A stretch of 64,000 nt of DNA from Pecten maximus (lineage: Eukaryota). The position numbers were made by a program, and so were the translations under genes. The stretch spans positions 36,642,001 to 36,706,000 of the forward strand of contig NC_047022.1 of NCBI RefSeq assembly GCF_902652985.1, in the 5' to 3' direction. Below, piece by piece: positions 37,804 to 64,000 of this stretch. The notes under the pieces are model-generated. The model had not been told where the DNA came from. It ran no database searches and worked only from the letters and a program-made list of their open reading frames with translations. The stretch's first letter is position 1. The number at the start of each line of letters is the position of its first letter.

Positions 37804-40800
37804 TGTTGAGCTGAGTATCGGTCCAAGATTTCTATCATTTCTCAGTTATACATGTACAGTTGTCTGTGGTTGAGTTGAGTATCGGACTAAGATTTCTATC
37901 ATTTCTCTGTTATAAACGAACAGTTGTGTGTGGTTGAGTTGAGTATCGGACTAAGATTTCTATCATTTCTTTGTTATACACTTACAGTTGCCTGTGGTTG
38001 AGTTGAGTATTGGACTAAGATTTCTATCATTTCTCAGTTATACACGTACAGTTGTCTGTGGTTGAGTTGAGTATCGGACTAAGATTTCTATCATTTCTCT
38101 GTTATACACGTACAGTTGTCTGTGGTTGAGTTGAGTATCGGACTAAGATTTCTATCATTTCTCTGTTATACACGTACAGTTGTCTGTGGTTGAGTTGAGT
38201 ATAGGACTAAGATTTCTATCATTTCTCTGTTATACGCGTACAGTTGTCTGTGGTTGAGTTGATTATTGGTCTAAGATTTCTATCATTTCTCAGTTATACA
38301 CGTACAGTTGTCTGTGGTTGAGTTGAGTATCGGTCTAAGATTTCTATCATTTCTCAGTTATACACCTTACAGTTGTCTGTGGTTGAGTTGAGTATTGGTC
38401 TGAGTATCGGACTAAGATTTCTATCATTTCTCTGTTATACACCGTACAGTTGTCTGTGGTTGAGTTGAGTATTGGTCTAAGATTTCTATCATTTCTCAGT
38501 TATACATGTACAGTTGTCTGTGATTGAGTTGAGTATCGGTCTAAGATTTCTATCATTTCTCAGTTATACACCTTACAGTTGTCTGTGGTTGAGTTGATTA
38601 TCGGACTAAGATTTCTATCATTTCTCTGTTATACATGTACAGTTGTCTGTGGTTGAGTTGAGTATCGGTCTAAGATTTCTATCATTTCTCTGTTATACAC
38701 GTACAGTTGTCTGTGGTTGAGTTGAGTATTGGTCTAAGATTTCTATCATTTCTCAGTTATACACCTTACAGTTGTCTGTGGTTGAGTTGAGTATCGGTCT
38801 AAGATTTCTATCATTTCTCAGTTATACACCTTACAGTTGTCTGTGGTTGAGTTGATTATCGGACTAAGATTTCTATCATTTCTCTGTTATACATGTACAG
38901 TTGTCTGTGGTTGAGTTGAGTATTGGTCCGAGTATCGGACTAAGATTTCTATCATTTCTCAGTTATACATGTACAGTTGTCTGTGGTTGAGTTGAGTATT
39001 GGTCTGAGTATCGGACTAAGATTTCTATCATTTCTTTGTTATACACGTACCGTTGTGTGTGGTTGAGTTGAGTATCGGTCTTAGATTTCTATCATTTCTC
39101 AGTTATACACTGTACAGTTGTCCGTGGTTGAGTTGAGTATTGGTCTGAGTATCGGACTAAGATTTCTATCATTTCTCTGTTATACACGTACCGTTGTGTG
39201 TGGTTGAGTTGAGTATCGGTCTTAGATTTCTATCATTTCTCAGTTATACACTGTACAGTTGTCTGTGGTTGAGTTGAGTATTGGTCTGAGTATCGGACTA
39301 AGATTTCTATCATTTCTCTGTTATACACCGTACAGTTGTCTGTGGTTGAGTTGAGTATCGGTCTGAGTATCAGACTAAGATTTCTATCATTTCTCTGTTA
39401 TACACGTACAGTTGTCTGTGGTTGAGATGAGTATAGGTATAAGATTTCTATCATTTCTCTGTTATACACGTACAGTTGTCTGTGGTTGAGTTGAGTATTG
39501 GTCTAAGATTTCTATCATTTCTCTGTTATACACCGTGCAGTTGTCTGTGGTTGAGTTGAGTATCGGTCTAAGATTTCTATCATTTCTCAGTTATACACGT
39601 ACAGTTGTCTGTGGTTGAGTTGAGTATTGGTCTAAGATTTCTATCATTTCTCAGTTATACATGTACAGTTGTCTGTGATTGAGTTGAGTATCGGTCTAAG
39701 ATTTCTATCATTTCTCAGTTATACACCTTACAGTTGTCTGTGGTTGAGTTGAGTATCGGTCTAAGATTTCTATCATTTCTCAGTTATACACTGTACAGTT
39801 GTCTGTGGTTGAGATGAGTATAGGTCTGAGTATCAGACTCAGATTTCTATCATTTCTCAGTTATACACGTACAATGTACAGTTGTCTGTGGTTGAGTTGA
39901 GTATCGGTCTGAGTATCGGTCTAAGATTTCTATCATTTCTCAGTTATACACGTACAGTTGTCTGTGGTTGAGTTGAGTATCGGTCTGAGTATCGGTCTAA
40001 GATTTCTATCATTTCTCGGTTATACACTTACAGTTGTCTGTGGTTGAGTTGAGTATCGGACTAAGATTTCTATCATTTCTCTGTTATACACGTACAGTTG
40101 TCTGGTTGAGTTGAGTATCGGTCTAAGATTTCTATCATTTCTCTGTTATACACCGTACATTTGTCTGTGGTTGAGTTGAGTATAGAGCTAAGATTTCTAT
40201 CATTTCTCTGTTATACACGTACAGTTGTCTGTGGTTGAGTTGAGTATCGGACTAAGATTTCTATCATTTCTCAGTTATACACGTACAGTTGTCTGTGGTT
40301 GAGTTGAGTATCGGACTAAGATTTCTATCATTTCTCTGTTATACACGTACAGTTGTCTGTGGTTGAGTTGAGTATCGATCTAAGATTTCTATCATTTCTC
40401 TGTTATACCCGTACAGTTTGTCTGTGGTTGAGTTGAGTATCGATCTAAGATTTCTATCATTTCTCAGTTATACACGTACAGTTGTCTGTGGTTGAGTTGA
40501 GTATCGGACTAAGATTTCTATCATTTCTCAGTTATACACTTACAGTTGTCTGTGGTTGAGTTGAGTATCGGACTAAGATTTCTATCATTTCTCTGTTATA
40601 CACGTACAGTTGTCTGTGGTTGAGTTGAGTATCGGACTAAGATTTCTATCATTTCTCTGTTATACACGTACAGTTGTCTGTGGTTGAGTTGAGTATAGGA
40701 CTAAGATTTCTATCATTTCTCTGTTATACGCGTACAGTTGTCTGTGGTTGAGTTGATTATTGGTCTAAGATTTCTATCATTTCTCAGTTATACACGTACA

Positions 40801-43668
40801 GTTGTCTGTGGTTGAGTTGAGTATCGGTCTAAGATTTCTATCATTTCTCAGTTATACACCTTACAGTTGTCTGTGGTTGAGTTGAGTATTGGTCTGAGTA
40901 TCGGACTAAGATTTCTATCATTTCTCTGTTATACACCGTACAGTTGTCTGTGGTTGAGTTGAGTATTGGTCTAAGATTTCTATCATTTCTCAGTTATACA
41001 TGTACAGTTGTCTGTGATTGAGTTGAGTATCGGTCTAAGATTTCTATCATTTCTCAGTTATACACCTTACAGTTGTCTGTGGTTGAGTTGATTATCGGAC
41101 TAAGATTTCTATCATTTCTCTGTTATACATGTACAGTTGTCTGTGGTTGAGTTGAGTATCGGTCTAAGATTTCTATCATTTCTCTGTTATACACGTACAG
41201 TTGTCTGTGGTTGAGTTGAGTATTGGTCTAAGATTTCTATCATTTCTCAGTTATACACCTTACAGTTGTCTGTGGTTGAGTTGAGTATCGGTCTAAGATT
41301 TCTATCATTTCTCAGTTATACACCTTACAGTTGTCTGTGGTTGAGTTGATTATCGGACTAAGATTTCTATCATTTCTCTGTTATACATGTACAGTTGTCT
41401 GTGGTTGAGTTGAGTATTGGTCCGAGTATCGGACTAAGATTTCTATCATTTCTCAGTTATACATGTACAGTTGTCTGTGGTTGAGTTGAGTATTGGTCTG
41501 AGTATCGGACTAAGATTTCTATCATTTCTTTGTTATACACGTACCGTTGTGTGTGGTTGAGTTGAGTATCGGTCTTAGATTTCTATCATTTCTCAGTTAT
41601 ACACTGTACAGTTGTCCGTGGTTGAGTTGAGTATTGGTCTGAGTATCGGACTAAGATTTCTATCATTTCTCTGTTATACACGTACCGTTGTGTGTGGTTG
41701 AGTTGAGTATCGGTCTTAGATTTCTATCATTTCTCAGTTATACACTGTACAGTTGTCTGTGGTTGAGTTGAGTATTGGTCTGAGTATCGGACTAAGATTT
41801 CTATCATTTCTCTGTTATACACCGTACAGTTGTCTGTGGTTGAGTTGAGTATCGGTCTGAGTATCAGACTAAGATTTCTATCATTTCTCTGTTATACACG
41901 TACAGTTGTCTGTGGTTGAGATGAGTATAGGTATAAGATTTCTATCATTTCTCTGTTATACACGTACAGTTGTCTGTGGTTGAGTTGAGTATTGGTCTAA
42001 GATTTCTATCATTTCTCTGTTATACACCGTGCAGTTGTCTGTGGTTGAGTTGAGTATCGGTCTAAGATTTCTATCATTTCTCAGTTATACACGTACAGTT
42101 GTCTGTGGTTGAGTTGAGTATTGGTCTAAGATTTCTATCATTTCTCAGTTATACATGTACAGTTGTCTGTGATTGAGTTGAGTATCGGTCTAAGATTTCT
42201 ATCATTTCTCAGTTATACACCTTACAGTTGTCTGTGGTTGAGTTGAGTATCGGTCTAAGATTTCTATCATTTCTCAGTTATACACTGTACAGTTGTCTGT
42301 GGTTGAGATGAGTATAGGTCTGAGTATCAGACTCAGATTTCTATCATTTCTCAGTTATACACGTACAATGTACAGTTGTCTGTGGTTGAGTTGAGTATCG
42401 GTCTGAGTATCGGTCTAAGATTTCTATCATTTCTCAGTTATACACGTACAGTTGTCTGTGGTTGAGTTGAGTATCGGTCTGAGTATCGGTCTAAGATTTC
42501 TATCATTTCTCGGTTATACACTTACAGTTGTCTGTGGTTGAGTTGAGTATCGGACTAAGATTTCTATCATTTCTCTGTTATACACGTACAGTTGTCTGGT
42601 TGAGTTGAGTATCGGTCTAAGATTTCTATCATTTCTCTGTTATACACCGTACATTTGTCTGTGGTTGAGTTGAGTATAGAGCTAAGATTTCTATCATTTC
42701 TCTGTTATACACGTACAGTTGTCTGTGGTTGAGTTGAGTATCGGACTAAGATTTCTATCATTTCTCAGTTATACACGTACAGTTGTCTGTGGTTGAGTTG
42801 AGTATCGGACTAAGATTTCTATCATTTCTCTGTTATACACGTACAGTTGTCTGTGGTTGAGTTGAGTATCGATCTAAGATTTCTATCATTTCTCTGTTAT
42901 ACCCGTACAGTTTGTCTGTGGTTGAGTTGAGTATCGATCTAAGATTTCTATCATTTCTCAGTTATACACGTACAGTTGTCTGTGGTTGAGTTGAGTATCG
43001 GACTAAGATTTCTATCATTTCTCAGTTATACACGTACAGTTGTCTGTGGTTGAGTTGAGTATTGGTCTAAGATTTCTATCATTTCTCAGTTATACACGTA
43101 CAGTTGTCTGTGGTTGAGTTGAGTATCGGACTAAGATTTCTATCATTTCTCTGTTATACACGTACAGTTGTCTTTAGTTGAGTTGAGTATTGGTCTAAGA
43201 TTTCTATCATTTCTCTGTTATACACGTACAGTTGTCTGTGGTTGAGTTGAGTATCGGTCTAAGATTTCTATCATTTCTCAGTTATACACCGTACAGTTGT
43301 CTGTGGTTGAGTTGAGTATCGGTCTAAGATTTCTATCATTTCTCAGTTATACACCGTACAGTTGTCTGTGGTTGAGTTGAGTATCGGTCTAAGATTTCTA
43401 TCATTTCTCTGTTATACACGTACAGTTGTCTGTGGTTGAGTTGAGTATCGGTCTAAGATTTCTATCATTTCTCAGTTATACATGTACAGTTGTCTGTGGT
43501 TGAGTTGAGTATTGGTCTGAGTATCGGTCTAAGATTTCTATCATTTCTCTGTTATACACCGTACAGTTGTCTGTGGTTGAGTTGAGTATTGGTCTGAGTA
43601 TCGGACTAAGATTTCTATCATTTCTCTGTCAAACGTACAGTTGTCTGTGGTTGAGTTGAGTATCTGCC
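37804..43668. repeat. 64-bp satellite array (about 88 copies) containing a 2494-bp higher-order duplication
   Basis: Unit CAGTTGTCTGTGGTTGAGTTGAGTATCGGACTAAGATTTCTATCATTTCTCTGTTATACACGTA; rare variants recur at +2494. Confidence 0.97.
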
Positions 43669-45841
43669 TAACCCTTTCCAAGATAAATAATTGCAAAACA
43701 GTCAGATTTACGACAGAGTTTAATTGTTAAACTGACAGTTTGCTAACTATGTCCATGAATACACATCGACTCAACAACATTGACTCAACAACATTGACTC
43801 AACAACATTGACTCACATTTAAAGTTGCTACATCACTGTCTGCGTATCAACTGTTTCTAACAAAATCAAATGACACCAACAGTATTGAAATATATCTAAC
43901 TAATACCAAAATTAAAGATAAAACAATTACAATTTTCTGATAATGATCACTCATAAGACAGAAAGATACATACAATATAAAGAGGCTGAGCCAGATAAAA
44001 TTTCCTCCAGATAGAATTTCCCCGGATACAATTAATTATTTATTTTTATAATAGTTGAAGATAAAATAAAAAGTTCAAACTTAGGAGGGTGTTAACAGCG
44101 TATGTAAATGTCGGTATGGTATACAGCTACCTAGTACTGTTTTCAATCGATCATATTTAATCTGTGTCTCAGATGTAGCATCTTTAACTAGCAAATTTAA
44201 ATGTTTTAAATGAAGTATTGACATGAAACAACAATTTAGTGTTTGTTCTTAATCTACATATAACAGGGCTCATGATTAATTAAATTTAAATAACTGCCTC
44301 TGCTAGGGATTGCAACCCAGAACCCTCTGGCTTTCTAGTCTTATGCTTAACTGATTGAGCTAATTAAAGAGAAGATTTCTCTAGCCGAGCCGTATATTGT
44401 GGCTAGTATTTACCAGGGTTACATACATACAATCACAGTATTTATGGACAATCTGTGTGATATTGTGTTTAAATAATGAAGTAACCAAATGATTGGTTAA
44501 TATGTGGTATTCTAAGAGAAACACAACCACATCAGGTATAATACTATTGCGAGTTTTCAAGAACATAATCATTTTGCCATAATGACACTATTCTCCAACT
44601 TACTATAATAAAAAAGACTTCAAACTATTACTGTGATACACTGGTCCAATTACAAACTACTCACACAGAAAATACACATCTGTTTGGCAGTGAAAAACAA
44701 AAATAATGAAAATCACAGACTTGGTCTTAATGCAATTCTGTGGAACATCTTAATCCAGCTACTTACATTTTAGGAAACCAAACAACATGTATGGACACAA
44801 ATCTTGGACAGTACAAGAAATCAAATCCTGTAAAATTATTTTCTGGATTTAGATGTTCCACTAAGTTTACAACACAATAAATACACAACACTAACAGACT
44901 AATCTAATTAGACTTGTAATTCCCACTCCTCTACAATACTGTATTGTAGAGTATCATAGAGGTGTGGAAAGTCTAATTTTAATTAGATTGCTAATTGACA
45001 AGCCATATCTGGGACTTAACTTGGTTTACACAAACATGTAGGATGATACTGTAATACATTAAAAATCTATGTAAATACTCTAGTTTAAAATAACATGATA
45101 TAACTGTCGTATGGTTGCCACATTGAACCTAACTTTACATGCATATGACAAATTTGTTTTTCAATCAATTAGAATAAATTACCAAAGCTGGAAAACATTG
45201 TACTTGTTTTAGATAAGAAAAAGAAGTTCCTGTGTTGATGGTGAAGGATGTTAATTTATTTTGTATAGATAGATTTAATTTTAATGATTACATTTACAGT
45301 AGCTTACCACACATCAAACTCAAGACTTTAATGTTAAAATCTATGAGGTATATTTTATATGTAAATCTTTGATGTGCTGACACGGTTTTCCCACTGAGTA
45401 ACAGTATAAAGGACCAGCAGAGATACTTATCAACCTAATTAAATCAGTAGCTTTTATCATCGTTTACATGCCACAGTAAATATAATTGTACAACAGAATA
45501 ATTTACATATTTTAAGTTTCAATAGTTTTCTATTTCCTCAGCATTATTTGAATAACTATAGGGTAAGAAGCCCTGGATTCATCTTTCTACAAATAAAAAA
45601 AAAAAAAAAAGAAATCCGTCAAAGAATTACATTTTACTTTTGTTGAATGACATTGGTCTTTTATTACAATAAACAAAACTTACCTGACATTTTTGTGTAA
45701 AAAAAAAAATTCTTGTTGTGATGTCACATAAACAGTTGTTACTGAAAAAGTGACAATTCTAGAGAATAAACATGAACATAATTATGATACTCATGTTGGT
45801 TCAAAGGTCAAAGACAACTTTCCTGAATATTCATGGTAGAG

Positions 45842-46419
45842 TTTTTTTGTTTGTTTTTGCTTAATGTCCTATTAACAGCCAGGGACATTTAAGGATGTGC
45901 CAGGTTTTGGAGTTGGAGGAAAACCACCGGCCTACGGTCAGTACCTGGCAACTGCCCCACGTAGGTTTCACAACCCAGAGGTGGAGGGCTAGTGATAAAG
46001 TGTCGAGACACCTTAACCACTCGGCCACTGCTGGGGTAGACGGCTAGTGATAAAGTGTCGGGACACCTTAACCACTCGGCCACCGCTGGGGTTTGGTTTG
46101 TTTGGGTTGTTTTTGTTTAACGTCCTATTAACAGCCAGGGTCATTTAAGGACGTGCCAGGTTTTGGAGGTGGAAGAAAGCCGGAGTACCCGGAGAAAAAC
46201 CACCGGCCTACGGTCAGTACCTCGCAACCCAGTGGTGGAGGGCTAGTGGTAAAGTGTTGGTACACCTTAACCACTTGGCCACCGCGGCCCCCTTACCGCT
46301 GGGGTAGAGGGCTAGTGATAAAGTGTCGGGACACCTTAACCACTCGGCCACCGCGGGGGTAGAGGGCTAGTGAAAAAGTGTCGGGACACCTTAACCACTC
46401 GGCCACCGCGACCCCTTCA
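45842..46419 (-). mobile_element. Composite tandem tRNA-derived SINE (two bodies, duplicated heads)
   Basis: A-box TGGCCGAGTGG heads repeated; core GGTTTTTCTCCGGGTACTCCGGCTTTC; (AAAC)n tails; TSD TCATGGTAGAG at 45831-45841 and 46420-46430. Confidence 0.85.
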
Positions 46420-47489
46420 TCATGGTAGAGCATTACCGTAGCAATAACTGTGTTTTTATAAACATCACAAATAATATAAATGAAAATAACAAAAACGTTA
46501 AATTATAGTGATAGAGATAGAGATAGAGATATTTTGTTTACACAATTTGTTTCATAGAAGGTGTTTTTGCTTCATTTTAATTTGTCCATCAAGTCTTAAA
46601 TAATAATTATCAGTTTTATAAAGAAAGTATTCTTAAACATATCTCAACATGAATAACATCTATGCATTGCACAACTTCATTAAATCACTTTTTGTACATG
46701 TACATATCCATACAAAACTTTGCAGAGTTTCAACCAAGTATTCTAGCACTACATGTATTTCTAATGACAAATAAAAAAAAACAGATACACCAGTAAAAGC
46801 TGCCGAAGAAACAGAGGAAAAACTATCTAAAATTCAACACAAAAACATCTATTACATGTATCTAAAATAACAGCATGTAATTCTACACAATACATTTATT
46901 ACATGTATCTAAAATAACAGCATGTAATTCTACACAAATACGTAATTACATGGATATAAAACATGTATCAAACACTATTTAAAATAAATTTTTGGTCATG
47001 TGATTAATAAAATAACCCTGATTGCCTAACAGTCCATTTTGTTTTAATGAATTCAGCATGAAGCTCTCAGTAACAAAGGTCATATCACGGTGCCATTTTG
47101 TATAAGAATCTGCCATTAACAATATGATGATAAGTTTATATCAAATGTTTTCAGTAAAAGTAGAATATGTTTGGTTATTACAATAGCTGGGGAATATTAA
47201 ATAAAAAAAAACTAATGATAACACAAAGACAAAACTATGAGATATTGTGCTAGATAATGTAGCGACCCATTCAATCTATCAGAACCCAACAACCTTTGTT
47301 CACATGCAAGTTTCTGTAAATTCCAAGAAAATTGTCAGGATTACAGATGCTTCTGGTTTTGATGTGACTCAATTGTTTCCCTTGAATATATAAAAAAAAT
47401 ATAGAAGAAGTTTCAAATAGATATAAACATATAGAAGAAGTTTCAAAGATATGTTGTTCAGGAAAATCATGATTGCACAATCATGTTAC

Positions 47490-48110
47490 AAAATGGCCAC
47501 AATGACTGCCATGTAAAGTTTTTATGAGGCTGAAAAATAACAACACTTTGTTGGCTCTCCTTCCTTAACATTCCTACCAATTTTCAGCCCAATGGTACCA
47601 GTGGAACTGGAGAAGATGTTTAAAATGTATTTTCCAAGATGGTGGCTATGACAGCCATGTTGGATTTCGATTTGACCCAAAAAATAACAACACTTAGTAA
47701 GGACCATCTCAGGATCATTTCATGCAAGTAAGAGCTCAGTCTCTCTGCTGGAACTTGAGAAGAAGTTCAAAATGGGAAAAGTTGAAGCACAGCAGACAGT
47801 GGCCAGCACACGGTGTACAACGATGGACAACAATGACTATAGGTCATCCTTACCGTTCAGGTTTGTTTGTTTGTTTTTGTTTAACGTCCTATTAACAGCC
47901 AAGGTCATTTAAGGACGTGCCAGGTTTTGGAAGTGGAGGAAAGCCGGTGTACCCGGAGAAAAACCACTGGCCTACGGTCAGTACCTGGCAACTGCCCCAC
48001 GTAGGTTTCGAACTCGCAACCCTGAGGTGGAGGGCTAGTGATAAAGTGTCGGGACACCTTAACCACTCGGCCACCGCGGCCCCTTACCCTTCAGGTCAGA
48101 TGACCTAATA
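47490..48110. mobile_element. Degenerate HINE-like non-autonomous element interrupted by a SINE
   Basis: Internal repeats (AAAAATAACAACACTT twice), decayed GACA-type microsatellite, and terminal palindrome TAGGTCATC...GATGACCTA split by the SINE. Confidence 0.5.
47862..48083 (-). mobile_element. Full-length tRNA-derived SINE
   Basis: Minus strand GGGGCCGCGGTGGCCGAGTGGTTAAGG (A box) ... GAGTTCGAAACC (B box), conserved core, (AAAC)n tail; TSD TTACCG/CTTCAGG with one mismatch. Confidence 0.9.
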
Positions 48111-48242
48111 AACATATAACTTTGTACACATCCTTATGGTTTTCATCTAATTTACAAACAATGTTTCTTGTTATAGTATTACTGATCTTCAGTAAACCTC
48201 AAACAGCAGTGTTATAAAAGACAGCTACATGTATTATTGTTA

Positions 48243-48856
48243 ATTCTACCATGTTTGCTATGTAACGCCAGTTTTGATTGGTTAAAAACCATGTATTATT
48301 TTCCAATAACCCACGCTCGTGCCAATAATACACGCTCGTGAGTCACGGCTGTTACAATTTTAAATATCTAATATTCACCTGTTTCATAAAAGGTTACTAT
48401 AGCCGAGTGGGCTAATGGGTTAGTCTTTCAATATATTTTTATCACGACGTGAGTTCGAATCCTACGGAGGCCCCCACTTTTTTTTCTTTTTTTTTCTCCT
48501 TCTTTTTTAATTTTCAAAATCAATGCCATATGATAGATGCTCTTGATCGTAGTACTGTATTGCCTGTATATTTCATCAACAAATAATAATGCAATACTCA
48601 AGAAATAAATTACAAGGTTTCTTTGCTGTTTTTCTATTAGAAAGAGGTCAATCTCAGAACTAAACAGTACATGGTAGAATAGAAATAATCAACTTTGACT
48701 CGTGTATTGTTGCAGGATATACAACTCGGACTCGGATATTTTGCAATTTTAATTAATAACTCAGGCCTGCGGCCTTCGTTATTAATTTAATTGCAAAATA
48801 TCCTCGTCCTCGTTGTATATCCTGCAATAATACACGAATCATCGTTAATTATTTCT
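48243..48856. mobile_element. Non-autonomous element: 12-bp subterminal inverted repeats, internal tRNA-like segment and ~140-bp terminal hairpin
   Basis: Inverted repeats ATTCTACCATGT 48243-48254 and ACATGGTAGAAT 48669-48680; palindrome 48700-48837 centred on TGC 48768-48770. Confidence 0.75.
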
Positions 48857-48985
48857 TAAACAGCCATATCTCAGACATAAGAGGTAAATGATAACATGGT
48901 GACATTTACAGGTGTTTGTGCAGTTTTGTTTTGACAAATGAAGATGCTGTATATTACAGATGGAGATTTAAGAGGTAGTTCCTCG

Positions 48986-62402
<13,417 letters not shown>

Positions 62403-62803
62403 TTTTTTTTCAGTAGTGCTCGAACCGGATGTAACCGGGACAATTGCAAACGAAAAGTAGTTAGAAAATGCCGATGCTTCCCGAACGTACCGGAAATAAG
62501 ACCGACGAAACTATTTTTAATAAATGGGGAACTAAGGTCATCATATTGAAATGCTAGTTTGAACTAAACTTAATTTCTATCTGAATTTATTTTCATTTCG
62601 TAATATTTCTGTTATTTAAGGATAATTATGAAATATTTATGTAATATACAACCGATATATGGAGTAAAGTGTTATTTTTCATATTAAAATTTAAAATCTT
62701 ATGAACTTGTCCTCTCCATCAATAATGGAATCAACCATATCGGCAGACACTATGGACGACGTTTGATACGTTTTATGTTTAGATCTAAGAAAACACGGCA
62801 AAA
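62403..62803. promoter_or_regulatory. Probable bidirectional promoter for MAPKAPK5 and USP30
   Basis: Start codons are about 400 bp apart head-to-head; ETS-like CCGGAT/CCGGAA motifs at about 62425 and 62490. Confidence 0.6.
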
Positions 62804-62909
62804 ATGATATCAAAACAGTTCGCATGGATTGGAGGTTTGGCGACAGTTGTTGCTACGGGACTCTATGTATTCTTCGGTCCTTCTGAAAAGAAAAAATCCA
62901 AAAAGAAAG
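62804..62909 (+). CDS. USP30: First coding exon of ubiquitin carboxyl-terminal hydrolase 30 (mitochondrial outer-membrane DUB); gene continues past the window
   Basis: MISKQFAWIGGLATVVATGLYVFFGPSEKKKSKKK|G then GTAATC donor; matches the USP30 transmembrane anchor plus basic stretch (human, from memory: WGVIGGIAAALAAGIYVIWGPITERKKRRKG). Confidence 0.8.
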
Positions 62910-63301
62910 GTAATCTGTTCGGGAAAGTTTTTTGGTCAAGGTCTTTTGGGGTATTGCCAGATGTATCAAAGATGATGACATGCGGTTTCATGACATGCAT
63001 TATCATAGTTCATACATAATTGTCATGTTTACATGTGCCCGTCCAAAGGTTGACATCTTTAAATTCGGAATGACCTTAAGTCCGAAGGCCCAATAGTCCG
63101 AATTCCAAATAGTCCGAATGCCTGTTGGGCCGAAAATAGATAAATATGGTAACCTAGCCCAAGTTTCCCTGGCCATGACACCATTAGGCTATTGTCTGGT
63201 GTAGGGCCAGAGCCCAGCACTATATGAAAACGTTGAATTCTACGACACCGTTTGGTATTGCTAAGATATATTACATTATATTATATATTACCTACATTTG
63301 G

Positions 63302-63405
63302 ACTATCAGGCCTTCAGACAATATAGCTATCAGGCCTTCAAACTATATAGCTATCAGGCCTTCAGACAATATAGCTATCAGGCCTCCAGACAATATAGCT
63401 ATCAG
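63302..63405. repeat. 24-bp tandem repeat x4
   Basis: CTATCAGGCCTTCAGACAATATAG. Confidence 0.85.
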
Positions 63406-63417
63406 GAGGAAACAGGA

Positions 63418-63626
63418 TTTTTTTGTTTGTTTTGGTTTATTTTGTTCAGCATCCTAAAAGCCAGGGTTATTTAAGGACATGCCAGGTTTGGGAGGTTGAG
63501 GAAAGCGGATGTACACGGAGAAAAACACCGGCAACTGCAGCACGTGGGTTTCGAACTCCCGACCCAGAGGTGGAGGGCTAGTAAAGTGTCGGTACACCTT
63601 AACCACTCCGCCACCGCTGCCCCTAC
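63418..63626 (-). mobile_element. tRNA-derived SINE (same family as 47862-48083)
   Basis: Same head, core and tail; perfect 13-bp TSD GGAGGAAACAGGA at 63405-63417 and 63627-63639. Confidence 0.88.
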
Positions 63627-64000
63627 GGAGGAAACAGGAGTAAACTGCTAACAACTCAAATAAAATTACTCAGAGGAACCTGGAGTAATTTTATTTGAGT
63701 TGTTAACAGTAATGTCTAATGATTAATAATGACCATCTTCAAATTCATCTACCTTTACTTTGGTTGAAGATGGCAACAGATAATGTCATGGGAGATTGTG
63801 CTAGAGAAGTGGAACAGGAAAGACTAATATTGTATCAGGATATAGGGCTATTTTGAAGTATCAGGAGGAAGAAAGGTCAAGTTTGAAATCTTAAGAAGAA
63901 AGAATTTTTCTTCACCTGGGTTTTAAACTGAAAATCAAACTTGAACACACTCAACACTGTTTACATATACAATGTTAAGATCGGCAATTCGCCCCTGTGC

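Noticed and set aside
44285-44365. Degenerate tRNA/SINE-like segment (a similar one lies near 3200-3300)
   Set aside because: Too decayed to define boundaries or family.
47990-48083. tRNA gene
   Set aside because: A and B boxes are present but fused to a SINE core, tail and TSD, and similar copies occur elsewhere in the window.

Overview
AT-rich, intron-rich animal genomic DNA, probably a bivalve mollusc (inferred from gene content and repeat style); one N-gap at 21416-21557. Exons were assembled by hand and splice phases checked. Genes in order: 3' end of an unidentified + strand gene; SPATA22 (-, 9 coding exons); a group III secreted phospholipase A2 (+); neuferricin/CYB5D2 (-); a biotinidase/vanin-family amidohydrolase (+); two tandem MIF/DDT-family genes (-); MAPKAPK5 (-, 13 exons, probable GC-AG first intron); and the first coding exon of USP30 (+), head-to-head with MAPKAPK5. 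Much of the rest is minisatellite or satellite arrays, tRNA-derived SINEs, MITEs and Helentron-like debris. Most long ORFs in the track are repeat artefacts. Two patterns stand out. (1) Two small elements unrelated in sequence share one architecture: subterminal inverted repeats plus a long hairpin that, on the minus strand only, has tandem G.A mismatches and a C(GCA)G triloop, suggesting a folded single-stranded DNA signal. (2) Five tandem arrays are anchored on splice junctions and multiply donor or acceptor sites.
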